Positions 7,203-16,146 are shown, counted from the stretch's first letter. The stretch is 64,000 bases of DNA from Patescibacteria group bacterium (GCA_019752595.1 JAIELV010000001.1:56486-120485), one strand, 5' to 3'. Numbers and translations are program-made. Notes: generated from the sequence alone by a model not told the origin.

Positions 7203-9380
7203 ATGCATCTTGCCCGTTTGGACATTTCGGGGTTTAAGTCTTTTGCCAGAAAGACCTCTTTTGATTTTGCGACGTCGGTCGTTTCTATCGTTGGTCCGAA
7301 CGGTTCGGGTAAATCAAATGTCGCGGAGGCGATTCGTTTCGTTTTGGGCGAGCAGTCGATGAAATCTATGCGCGGAAAGCGTGGTGAAGACCTTATCTGG
7401 AACGGAAGCAACTCCGCGCCACGCGCGAATCGCGGTTCCGTATCTATTGTTTTTAATAATCAGTCTCGCTTTTTGGATGTTGATTTTGATGAGGTAAATA
7501 TTGAGCGCGTGGTGAACCGCGATGGTACGAATGAGTACCGTTTGAACGGCTCTACGGTTCGCTTAAAAGACATCTTAGAAATACTTGCAGGTGCGAACAT
7601 TGGCCAAACAGGGCACCACATTATTTCTCAAGGCGAGGCGGATAAGATTCTTTCCGCGTCTCCGCGCGAGAGAAGAGAAATGCTTGAAGACGCGCTTGGC
7701 CTCAAGGTGTACCAATACAAACTTGAAGAGTCGGAAAGGAAGCTCGAGAAGACCGAAGAGAATATGCGTCAGGTAGGCGCGCTCAGAAAAGAAATTGCTC
7801 CGCATCTACGCTTTTTGAAAAAACAGGTAGAGAAGGTGGAAAAGGCACGCGAGTTGAAAGAAGCGGCGCTTGGGCGCTTTCAGGCATACTTGAAACGCGA
7901 AGAAGCATATTTGCGTTCAAACAAAACGCGCATTGATGGTGCACTTTCCGGAAAACGCGAAGCACTGAAAACAATTGCTGAAAAAGTGCAGGATGCGAAG
8001 CGCGCGCTCCAAGGGGCGGCTGAAGATAAGCGCGGGAACGCGATTCTTGATCTCTCGCAAGCGCTTGATGAGGCACGAAGAGAGAGAGCTGATTCAGCGC
8101 GTCGTGCTGCACGCCTTGAAGGTCAGATAGAAATTGTTGAAAAGACAGCATCAGCGGCAAGCGTTTCAGCGACAGATGTTTCAAAATTAATCGAAGAAGG
8201 TGAGCAAGCACTTTCGTCGCTCTCCGCTCTTGAAACGGCACTCTCTTTTGTCCGTTCGTTTATTGAGAAATTCAAGACACTGGTGCGTTCTGCGCAAAGC
8301 AACGCAGGGGATTTGGGGGCATTAATGAAAGAGCGTGACGAGCTCTTGGCGGTAGAAAAAGAAGCAGGGAAAAAAGAGGCTGAATTGACCGCGTCTTTGG
8401 AGAGTATTCGCAAGGAACTTGAAGACGTGCGCTTGAAGGAGCGTGAAAAAGAACGAGCGCTTTTTGAATTAGCAAGCGAAGAGCGTGAGGCGAAACATGC
8501 GATTGCAACTCTCGAGGGTGAACATGAACGCCTCTCACTCGAGGAGGCCGAGTTTAAACGTGATATCGCCGAAGCAATACCGCTTATCGGCCGTGCCGTT
8601 GCTGACTACGCGAATGTCGAGGCAGAGAATGCAACACGAGAAGAACAGGAGCGCGAAAAACGCGAGCTTGAGAAAATAAAAATTCGTTTAGAGGAAATGG
8701 GTACCGCGGGTGGGGAGGAGATGATGAAAGAGTACACGGAAGCAACGGAGCGAGAGGCATTCTTAGAGAAAGAATTGACAGACTTGGAGTCGGCTGCAAC
8801 GTCGCTGCGCGCTCTTATTGTTGATTTAGAGAAAGAGCTTTCAGTGAAATTTAAAGAAGGCCTTGATTCAATTAACGATCAGTTCACGAAGTATTTTGCA
8901 CTTATGTTCGACGGTGGCTCAGCCTCTTTGGTGCGTGTGCAGGAACCTGTACGTGGGCGCGCGCCAAAAGTGGACGAAGACGGTGATGATGAGGAAGAGG
9001 AAATTGTAGAGAAAGAAGAATTCGTGGAAGGTATCGATATCGCGCTTTCTATTCCTAGAAAGCGCGTGAAATCACTCGTGATGCTTTCAGGGGGCGAGCG
9101 CGCACTAACCTCTATTGCGCTTATTTTTGCGATGTCGTCGGTGAACCCACCACCATTTCTAGTTCTCGATGAAACCGATGCAGCCTTGGACGAGTCAAAT
9201 AGCCGTCGCTATGGCGACATGGTGGAGGCGCTCTCAAAGAAATCGCAGCTTATCGTTATTACACACAACCGCGAAACGATGAGTAGGGCAGGGATTCTAT
9301 ACGGCGTCACGATGGGGAACGATGGTGTTTCGAAGGTGCTCTCGGTTAAATTAGAAGAAGCGGTGAAGGTTGCAAAATAG
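7203..9380 (+). CDS. smc: SMC-family chromosome ATPase (short form)
   Basis: GFKSF, GPNGSGKSN, ISQG, LSGGE, LDETDAALD, ITH motifs with an intervening coiled coil. Confidence 0.9.
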   Translation: MHLARLDISGFKSFARKTSFDFATSVVSIVGPNGSGKSNVAEAIRFVLGEQSMKSMRGKRGEDLIWNGSNSAPRANRGSVSIVFNNQSRFLDVDFDEVNIERVVNRDGTNEYRLNGSTVRLKDILEILAGANIGQTGHHIISQGEADKILSASPRERREMLEDALGLKVYQYKLEESERKLEKTEENMRQVGALRKEIAPHLRFLKKQVEKVEKARELKEAALGRFQAYLKREEAYLRSNKTRIDGALSGKREALKTIAEKVQDAKRALQGAAEDKRGNAILDLSQALDEARRERADSARRAARLEGQIEIVEKTASAASVSATDVSKLIEEGEQALSSLSALETALSFVRSFIEKFKTLVRSAQSNAGDLGALMKERDELLAVEKEAGKKEAELTASLESIRKELEDVRLKEREKERALFELASEEREAKHAIATLEGEHERLSLEEAEFKRDIAEAIPLIGRAVADYANVEAENATREEQEREKRELEKIKIRLEEMGTAGGEEMMKEYTEATEREAFLEKELTDLESAATSLRALIVDLEKELSVKFKEGLDSINDQFTKYFALMFDGGSASLVRVQEPVRGRAPKVDEDGDDEEEEIVEKEEFVEGIDIALSIPRKRVKSLVMLSGGERALTSIALIFAMSSVNPPPFLVLDETDAALDESNSRRYGDMVEALSKKSQLIVITHNRETMSRAGILYGVTMGNDGVSKVLSVKLEEAVKVAK

Positions 9381-9529
9381 GGTAGAATAGCGACATCCCA
9401 TTTAAGCGGATTTTTATTTTTATGCACGCCCCGACACTAACTTTGCCGTCATTGCTTTCTGGTTTTTGTACATTGTATTTTTAAATTTAATATACTCGTA
9501 TAACATGTACGCATGCTTTCAATTTCATT

Positions 9530-10825
9530 ATGAGCAATAAAAAACCAACGGCAAAGTTAGTGTATAGGCACGCATTTGATCAATACAAAGCACGTTTGAA
9601 AGAGACCGCAGAGATTTTAAAACTAACCCCAGAGGAGGTAACCAATTTCGAAACCCCTGAAAAAATATTAGAGAAGAAGCTTAAAGTTACCCTCGGTGGC
9701 GCAGCTGTTGAACTTCCTGCGTATCGCGTGCAATTTTCAAGCGCACGCGGTCCGTACAAGGGAGGTATTCGTTTCCACCCCGCAGCAGATTTGGATGAAG
9801 TAAAAGCTCTGGCTGCGATGATGGCCATAAAGTGTGCCGTCGTCGATATTCCGATGGGAGGAGGCAAGGGCGGAGTAACGTTTGACCCAAAACAAGCAAC
9901 GAAAGAAGAAATTTTTGAAGTATCGCGTGCATGGGCGCGCGCATTTGCGAATGATATCGGACCTGACAAAGACATTCCCGCACCAGACGTGTACACAAAC
10001 GGAGAAATTATGTCAGTGATGCTTGATGAGTATGAAAAAGTTACTGGTGGAAAAGCGCCCGCTACTTTTACAGGCAAACCTGTTTCAAACGGCGGCATTG
10101 AAGGCAGGGATACTGCGACCGCGATGGGTGGTGTATTTGTTCTTGAAGCATACGTTGCCGAGAAAGGCTGGGTGCCTTCCGACTTGCGCGTTGCAGTGCA
10201 CGGATTCGGAAACGCTGGAGCAACCGCAGCCCAGCTTCTATATGAGCGCGGGTACAAAATTGTTGGCCTCGCTGATTCCAAAGGCGCTGTCATGAGTATG
10301 AGGGGGCTCGATCCGATGAAATTCCAGGAGGTCAAGAATCAAAATAAGTCGATTAAGGAAATGTACTGCCATGGCTCGGTGTGCGATGAAGGCATGATGG
10401 AGAAAGACAGTGTGGTGGTGGGAGATCCGAATTCGGTATTGACCATGGATGCAGATATTTTGATTCCCGCGGCTTTGGACGGAGTTATTACTCCAGATGT
10501 TGCTCGCCAGATGAAAGCAAAGGTAGTTTTGGAACTTGCGAATGGTCCGACATTGGCGGAAGCAGATGCGATTTTAGAAGAGAGAAAGATAGACGTTATT
10601 CCCGACGTTCTAGCAAACGCAGGAGGAGTGACGGTTTCATATTTTGAATGGGATCAAAATCTAAAAGGCACTACGCACACTCGTGAAGACGTGAACGCGC
10701 GCCTCAAAAAAGTTATGAGTAAGGCGTGGATGGGTGTTTCTGAGTTTGCAAAAAAACACTCGGTCACATTCCGCAAAGCTGCGTTCGCACTTGCCGTTGA
10801 GCGTATCCGAATGGCAAAGAAGTGA
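9530..10825 (+). CDS. gdhA: Glutamate dehydrogenase (Glu/Leu/Phe/Val dehydrogenase family)
   Basis: GPYKGGIRFH, GGGKGG, DIPAPDV, GFGNAG, ELANGP, ANAGGVTVSYFEW. Confidence 0.92.
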   Translation: MSNKKPTAKLVYRHAFDQYKARLKETAEILKLTPEEVTNFETPEKILEKKLKVTLGGAAVELPAYRVQFSSARGPYKGGIRFHPAADLDEVKALAAMMAIKCAVVDIPMGGGKGGVTFDPKQATKEEIFEVSRAWARAFANDIGPDKDIPAPDVYTNGEIMSVMLDEYEKVTGGKAPATFTGKPVSNGGIEGRDTATAMGGVFVLEAYVAEKGWVPSDLRVAVHGFGNAGATAAQLLYERGYKIVGLADSKGAVMSMRGLDPMKFQEVKNQNKSIKEMYCHGSVCDEGMMEKDSVVVGDPNSVLTMDADILIPAALDGVITPDVARQMKAKVVLELANGPTLAEADAILEERKIDVIPDVLANAGGVTVSYFEWDQNLKGTTHTREDVNARLKKVMSKAWMGVSEFAKKHSVTFRKAAFALAVERIRMAKK

Positions 10826-10864
10826 AATTGACCCCCCGTGATTTCAGGCGTACTCTGAAACAGT

Positions 10865-11092
10865 ATGACAGGCTCTATATCGGAAAGATTGCACAGTGCC
10901 CCCGTAGGAAGTAAGGAATACTTTAAGGCTCTACGAGATGATGCGCTCTCAGCAGCGGGGTTGGCTCATGCAAAAGGAATGGTTGAAACACGCCGAGATT
11001 GGCTTCATACGGCGAGACGGCACACGAAACTTCTAAAAACCATAACAGACAACGAAACTTGGGAAAAAGAACATAGACAAAGGTCTTCTTGA
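10865..11092 (+). CDS. Small hypothetical protein
   Basis: 75 aa; TTGACC-N17-TACTCT promoter. Confidence 0.55.
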   Translation: MTGSISERLHSAPVGSKEYFKALRDDALSAAGLAHAKGMVETRRDWLHTARRHTKLLKTITDNETWEKEHRQRSS

Positions 11093-11123
11093 CCAAACAG
11101 AAGACTTTGATATTCTTAGAGTA

Positions 11124-11201
11124 ATGACAAACACGTTACAGATGGTCTCGTCTGTTACCCGCATGGGCGGCGTGTTTTCTTTCTTCTATTTCTGGGCATA
11201 G
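11124..11201 (+). CDS. Putative leader peptide MTNTLQMVSSVTRMGGVFSFFYFWA
   Basis: TTGACC...TGATATTCT promoter upstream; aromatic-rich tail; stop lies in a hairpin loop. Confidence 0.45.
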   Translation: MTNTLQMVSSVTRMGGVFSFFYFWA

Positions 11202-11214
11202 CGCCCAGATTTTT
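11191..11214 (+). terminator. Terminator overlapping the leader stop
   Basis: TCTGGGC-ATAGC-GCCCAGA-TTTTT. Confidence 0.6.
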
Positions 11215-11331
11215 CACATTACCGTTATAGCTCCGCATTCTCCCTGTTTTTAGGTGTTTACACATAACGTACAGATTCCTAAAACGCATGAATGCGCCCT
11301 GCATTTTTTATTTTTTTCACCAATTACACAT

Positions 11332-11535
11332 ATGTCACCCAGAGAAAAAAGACACCGCTCGTACTTTGTATCAGGCGGTGCCGTTGAACAAAAGCGGCCT
11401 AAAGTCGTCATGGCTCCAGTTATTGTCGTAGAGAACCCTCCAGTCGAGAATTGTCGGCACGGTTTACCGATCGGAAGATTCTGTCTGCCGTGCGCTGACG
11501 AAAGTTCATTGCGTGACCGTATTGATGTTGTATAA
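11332..11535 (+). CDS. Small Cys/His protein (CRH...CLPC)
   Basis: ATG after an A/C-rich spacer; putative zinc ligands. Confidence 0.55.
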   Translation: MSPREKRHRSYFVSGGAVEQKRPKVVMAPVIVVENPPVENCRHGLPIGRFCLPCADESSLRDRIDVV

Positions 11536-11563
11536 AAAAGCATCTTAAAAACCACTAAGTACT

Positions 11564-11750
11564 ATGAGTAACGAAACATTCAATCTAAAGGAAGCACATA
11601 AGGTCTGCGTTATTTGCGGGTCGCCACGGGCGGTACGCGTAATTAAAAGAGGCAACGTTCGCCTTTATTGACCGAACCGCATACTGCGCTTTCCATCTCG
11701 CCCGAGCGGAAAAAATGCTTGAAATCGTCGGATGGATAGGCTGGAACTAA
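11564..11750 (+). pseudogene. Frameshifted small zinc-finger ORF (CVIC...YCAFH)
   Basis: Frame 0 gives MSNET...CVICGSP...; frame +1 gives KEATFAFIDRTAYCAFH...; removing one A from the AAAA at 11645-11648 joins them. Confidence 0.5.
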
Positions 11751-11757
11751 AAAACAT

Positions 11758-11982
11758 ATGATGTTTGAAAAGTTCAAAAGTTCACTGACCGAACTCAATC
11801 CCGCAGAAATGCAGGCGTTTTATGCAGAAATGCATGCGCGTTTAGAAAAACAATATGCGGGGCATGTGTCGTGGTTTGACGGTCCGCCTGCCTGCACATG
11901 TGAAAGAACCTATCACAACGGATATATCCGTTCCTACAAATACTTACCAACATGCAAACGATGCCCCGACAAATCAAAATAA
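11758..11982 (+). CDS. Small Cys-rich protein (CTC...CKRC)
   Basis: 74-aa ORF. Confidence 0.6.
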   Translation: MMFEKFKSSLTELNPAEMQAFYAEMHARLEKQYAGHVSWFDGPPACTCERTYHNGYIRSYKYLPTCKRCPDKSK

Positions 11983-11996
11983 ACCGCTTTTCAAAA

Positions 11997-12059
11997 ATGA
12001 TTTCGTACCGTATACGAGAGCGGTTTCCTTTTCATATTTTCCCAAATCTCTGGGCCTAG
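11997..12059 (+). CDS. Putative second leader peptide MISYRIRERFPFHIFPNLWA
   Basis: Ends TGG GCC TAG within TGGGC-CTAG-GCCCA, like 11124..11201. Confidence 0.3.
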   Translation: MISYRIRERFPFHIFPNLWA

Positions 12060-12112
12060 GCCCACTCCACTTTTTAGAGAATTGTGTTTATTAAATTTTA
12101 AGTTTTTCATGT

Positions 12113-12634
12113 ATGGTCAAAAAAGAAATCGTATTACAGGGTAGAAATCCGTTTCTAGGCGAGACAGAACGTATGCACATGCATACGCGTCTCGCAGCGC
12201 TTCACGGTAGTCGGGAGGCAATGCTTCAGGAACTCCAAGGATACAGAGCGCCTGAGGTGTACGCGCGGAATAAGGAGCGTGCAGACGCTTTGATGCAGCT
12301 CATTATCCAAGCTGAAGCGGAAATGCGAGTTATTGCGTATGAACTATCGGATAAACGACGGACAGTACTCGGCAGATTCAGCGTTGATGAAGTTGAAGCG
12401 TACGGATATACCTGTACGTATACAACCGCGGAAGGCAGATGCGGAAAGAGCGCAACGCACTGCGAGGGTATGCGTGTACGTTGTGACGAACATCCTGTCT
12501 CGGTTGAGTCGCCAGTTAAGGGGCCGAAGTCGTTCCATTCTCATGTCGGATTCGGTAACCCCGATCTTCCATGCACGTGCGTCGTAGGACAACCGCCAAA
12601 TCCGAACTGCCTTCGTCATGGCAGAAGAAATTAA
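12113..12634 (+). CDS. Hypothetical protein: helical N-terminus plus two Cys/His clusters
   Basis: C...RCGKSAT...CDEH and CTC...CLRH. Confidence 0.7.
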   Translation: MVKKEIVLQGRNPFLGETERMHMHTRLAALHGSREAMLQELQGYRAPEVYARNKERADALMQLIIQAEAEMRVIAYELSDKRRTVLGRFSVDEVEAYGYTCTYTTAEGRCGKSATHCEGMRVRCDEHPVSVESPVKGPKSFHSHVGFGNPDLPCTCVVGQPPNPNCLRHGRRN

Positions 12635-12652
12635 CATGATTAATGTACTCTT

Positions 12653-12886
12653 ATGCAACACGAGAAAACAAAACGGCCGACGCACGGTATGCGCCGTGAA
12701 GAACGCCTCGCTCTTTTCAGGAAGAATCTGATTCAGGCGCTCCCTCGACTTGCGCAAAGAAGGGCGGGGGAAATCCGCGAAGGCGGCAGAGCCCCTGATA
12801 AAAGTGTTCGTCTCAAAATAGGACGGGTGGTTCAGACTATCCGTTCGATCTCAAAGGAGATAGGTCCTGTTCGAGACGGACTCTGA
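12653..12886 (+). CDS. Small basic hypothetical protein
   Basis: 77 aa, followed by a terminator. Confidence 0.5.
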   Translation: MQHEKTKRPTHGMRREERLALFRKNLIQALPRLAQRRAGEIREGGRAPDKSVRLKIGRVVQTIRSISKEIGPVRDGL

Positions 12887-12895
12887 AAGTTCGAA

Positions 12896-12924
12896 AAAAC
12901 CGCCCTTGGTCGAGGGGCGGTTTT
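12896..12924. terminator. Intrinsic terminator, possibly bidirectional
   Basis: AAAACCGCCC...GGGCGGTTTT. Confidence 0.8.
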
Positions 12925-13078
12925 GTCTTTGGCTAGCGACGTAGGGTGAGCGTAATAAGATTTATTTTTCATTACCGAACCAAGGAGCTAGAAAGGTGAC
13001 AGCGGGTACCCCCCGTGCACACCTTTACAAGTATTTAATTTTCCTTACAGTGTATAAGTAATAAATAATCTATCGTAT

Positions 13079-13258
13079 ATGGCAACATCGCCTACACCTG
13101 ATAGTGCTATACGTACTCCTCGCAGAGAAGAGCGCGTTGTTACTTCTCGTACGCCACGCGCTGTCGAAACTGCACAGCCTGTGGACCAAGAGGCTCTCGC
13201 TCGGGTTCGCCAAGAGGAATTGGACGAACAGTGGAGGAACGGGGGCAGATTTGAATAA
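13079..13258 (+). CDS. Small hypothetical protein (59 aa, not in the ORF track)
   Basis: Manual translation MATSPTPDSAIRTPRREERVV...WRNGGRFE; stop abuts the rnr stop. Confidence 0.5.
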   Translation: MATSPTPDSAIRTPRREERVVTSRTPRAVETAQPVDQEALARVRQEELDEQWRNGGRFE

Positions 13259-13261
13259 ACG

Positions 13262-15163
13262 CTACGGTAATAGAGAAAAATCCAGAGTTCTATCTTCCAG
13301 ATTAGCTTTCTCTACACGATAACGAACCGGGTCACCTAAACGGATGACCCGTTTTGTTTTAGCACCGATTGCAGCAAATTTCTTCGGGTCGTAATCGTAA
13401 TTGTCATCCGTTAACGACATAAGGCGCGCCATGCCTTCAGTGCCCGTCTCTGTATCTTCAACGTACAACCCCCATTCGGTAACTCCAGAAATAACTCCCG
13501 CACGCTCTTCTCCGATAAGGTTTGCAAAGTATTCCACCTGCTTCATCTTTACCGATTCACGCTCTGCCTGCGCCGCATACACTTCACGTTCAGACGCATG
13601 TACTGCTTTTTCCTGAATGCGCGCAGGGTCCTCGGTAATTTTCTTCCCCGAAAGAATATCAAACAGCGTGCGATGCACCATCACATCAGGGTAGCGACGA
13701 ATAGGTGAGGTGAAGTGCGCGTAGTTCTCAAACGCCAGTCCATAGTGGCCAATGTTTTTTGTCGTGTAGACCGCTTTAGCCATCGAACGGATGGTAGCGG
13801 TTGTTATCAGACGTTCCTCAGGTTTTCCTTTCACGTTCTCTAGCAAACGGTTTAAGTCTTTTTGCGTTGCTCCGCCTTTTTGCAGCGTAAGTTCATACCC
13901 GATAGCGCGGAGAAAAACTGCCAATTCCTGAATTTTTTCTTGGTTCGGCACATCGTGAATGCGATACACAAACACACGGTTTTTAGCACCCAATTTTTCC
14001 GATACCATGCCAGCGACTTCACGGTTTGCAAGAAGCATCAATTCCTCAATCAGCTGATGACTCTCTGTATATTTTGTCCGCTTGAAACCAGTAGTCTTTC
14101 CTTCTTTATCGACGACAGGTTTTATCTCGTCCGTCTCGAACATAATTGCCCCTTCCAGAAACCGCTTCTTTCGGAGGTACGACGCAAACCCCCATATTTC
14201 AGAAAGTTCTTTATGCAAGGGAAGCGAGGCGTCTTTTAAGGTTTCGTCTGCCTCTTCATAGGTGAATCGTTTTGCCGATCTAATAATTGATCTTCCGAAC
14301 CAGCGTTCTTCTACTTTGTTATTTCGTATCGTGAAAACTGCTGAAAAGGTTAGACGATCAACGTTTGGTTTCAGGCTGCACAAATCTTCGGAAAGTTCAG
14401 GTGGGAGCATCGGAATCGTGCGGTCTACCAAATAGACAGATGTCGCGCGTTTGTACGCTTCCTTATCGAGAATAGAGCCAGGGCGCATGAAGTGTGTGAC
14501 GTCGGCAATGTGGACACCGATTTCAAGTGCACCATCCTCAAGTTTTTTGTATGAAATTGCGTCGTCAAAATCCTTTGCGGTTTCAGGGTCAATAGTAATG
14601 GTAAGGGTGTCTCTGAAATCCTTACGTTCCACTACGTCCTTTTCATCCCATGCTTTTTCGTACAGTCGTTCTGCCTCTTCGACAACTGCTTTCGGGAAGT
14701 CGCTTTCAAATCCTTTCGAGGCAATAATCGCCCGCATTTCCGTTTCGTGCACACCTGCTTTACCTAGAACACTGCGTACTTTTGCTTTCGGGGGATGATC
14801 GTCCCACTCAACAACGTCCGCAACCACTTTGTGTCCGACAGGTGCGCCTGAGACCCCGACAATCAGAAAGTCCATATACACACGCGGGTCGTCTGCTTTC
14901 AACATGACTCCCGTCGGGGTTTTGATGAGCTCGCCAACAAATGTATTTGTCTTTCTCTCAAGGACTGAAATGACGCGACCTATTTTCTCACTCTTACCTT
15001 GAGTAACGAGTATTTCAACCACGTCACCCGAAAACGCACCATTCAAACGGTCGCGGGGGACAGGGATGTCGCCATCAGGATTTAAAAAGAAACCCTTACC
15101 GCTTCGGGTGACGTCCAGCACACCTTTGATTCGCGAGCTTTCCTCAGCTCGTTTTTTTTGCAT
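13262..15163 (-). CDS. rnr: Ribonuclease R (RNB family with S1 domain)
   Basis: TIDPETAKDFDDA, HFTSPIRRYPD, C-terminal S1. Confidence 0.95.
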   Translation of the reverse strand: MQKKRAEESSRIKGVLDVTRSGKGFFLNPDGDIPVPRDRLNGAFSGDVVEILVTQGKSEKIGRVISVLERKTNTFVGELIKTPTGVMLKADDPRVYMDFLIVGVSGAPVGHKVVADVVEWDDHPPKAKVRSVLGKAGVHETEMRAIIASKGFESDFPKAVVEEAERLYEKAWDEKDVVERKDFRDTLTITIDPETAKDFDDAISYKKLEDGALEIGVHIADVTHFMRPGSILDKEAYKRATSVYLVDRTIPMLPPELSEDLCSLKPNVDRLTFSAVFTIRNNKVEERWFGRSIIRSAKRFTYEEADETLKDASLPLHKELSEIWGFASYLRKKRFLEGAIMFETDEIKPVVDKEGKTTGFKRTKYTESHQLIEELMLLANREVAGMVSEKLGAKNRVFVYRIHDVPNQEKIQELAVFLRAIGYELTLQKGGATQKDLNRLLENVKGKPEERLITTATIRSMAKAVYTTKNIGHYGLAFENYAHFTSPIRRYPDVMVHRTLFDILSGKKITEDPARIQEKAVHASEREVYAAQAERESVKMKQVEYFANLIGEERAGVISGVTEWGLYVEDTETGTEGMARLMSLTDDNYDYDPKKFAAIGAKTKRVIRLGDPVRYRVEKANLEDRTLDFSLLP

Positions 15164-15229
15164 AGTGAGACTGTACCATAAAGGGTGCGAAATTTGATTT
15201 CTTTTATTTTCGTGTTATTAAATATGTGT

Positions 15230-15739
15230 ATGGATGACGGCAAAGAAAAAAGACCAAAGACAGTCATAGCTGATCCCGATACTGTTGCGTATGCAGACGA
15301 GACCCAGACAGTTTTTACTGACGGGCGAGTGGTGCAGCATGAAGAAAAGGGGAACATGGAGACTTTCACAAATGAGGAACTCGCGGCAGTCGGTACAATA
15401 ATAGGTCCGCTTTTACATTCACTACGCCCGCTTGAGGATGAGCTCCGTTCTATTTTTCCAAAACAAGCAACCAATAAAGAACAAATTTCGCGCACGTTCT
15501 CCGTCCCAATTACTGAAGCACAAAGCAAGATTCTATTGTCCGGTAGAAATTCAATGGTGGCACAGGTAGGTATAGTCTTTTGGCTCGGCATGATTCCAGG
15601 TGATTCTCTTCCAGATGAACTGCTTGAAATAGGAGATATATGTGAAAGATACGGGTATCACGTCGCACCTCGGCTGTCGATTGGGAGCACATCTCTCACT
15701 CTTCAGCTTGATTTCAAGCCCAAAGCGGTCCGAAACTAA
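15230..15739 (+). CDS. Hypothetical protein
   Basis: Open frame divergent from rnr; start uncertain. Confidence 0.6.
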   Translation: MDDGKEKRPKTVIADPDTVAYADETQTVFTDGRVVQHEEKGNMETFTNEELAAVGTIIGPLLHSLRPLEDELRSIFPKQATNKEQISRTFSVPITEAQSKILLSGRNSMVAQVGIVFWLGMIPGDSLPDELLEIGDICERYGYHVAPRLSIGSTSLTLQLDFKPKAVRN

Positions 15740-15779
15740 GACTTTACTGCTCGTTTATTCTTTGCTACAGTAGCCCCTC

Positions 15780-16124
15780 ATGCTAGCCATCAGATTACAG
15801 AGGAGAGGACGCAAGAACGACCCGTCGTTCCGCATTGTTGTATTGGAGAAAGCACGAAGCCCGAAGGCGGGAAACCCTTTGGAAGTTGTTGGTTCATACC
15901 ACCCAAAGACGAAACACACCGTTATTGACGGAGATAAGGTGAAATTCTGGATTTCAAAAGGCGCACAAGTGTCTGGAACGTTGAATAACCTCCTTGTTAC
16001 GAAAGGTATTATTCAGGGAAAGAAAGTGAACGTTCTCGGGAAGAAAACACCTATAAAGAAAGATGAGCCCGCGAAAGAGGAAGCAAAAACTGAAGCACCT
16101 GCAGAAGCGCCAGCAGCTGAATAA
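15780..16124 (+). CDS. rpsP: 30S ribosomal protein S16
   Basis: MLAIRLQRRGRKNDPSFRIVV...GSYHP...GAQVS. Confidence 0.97.
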   Translation: MLAIRLQRRGRKNDPSFRIVVLEKARSPKAGNPLEVVGSYHPKTKHTVIDGDKVKFWISKGAQVSGTLNNLLVTKGIIQGKKVNVLGKKTPIKKDEPAKEEAKTEAPAEAPAAE

Positions 16125-16146
16125 TCAAAGCAAAGACCGTAAACAC

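Noticed and set aside
9422-9484. 20-aa Leu-rich uORF upstream of gdhA as a leader peptide
   Set aside because: No terminator or antiterminator follows, and the sequence is better explained as a promoter region (TTGCCG...TACATT).
9580-10335. 251-aa antisense ORF (also 38219..38869, 43302..44006 and many shorter ones)
   Set aside because: These are shadows of well-supported genes on the opposite strand, with no motifs of their own.
11660-11725. TGA readthrough or alternative genetic code
   Set aside because: TGA terminates clear genes (dnaE, rnhB, gdhA) at expected positions, and a frameshift explains this ORF better.
10828-13260. Prophage or integrative element call for the orphan island
   Set aside because: No integrase, structural genes, att repeats or tRNA target are visible.
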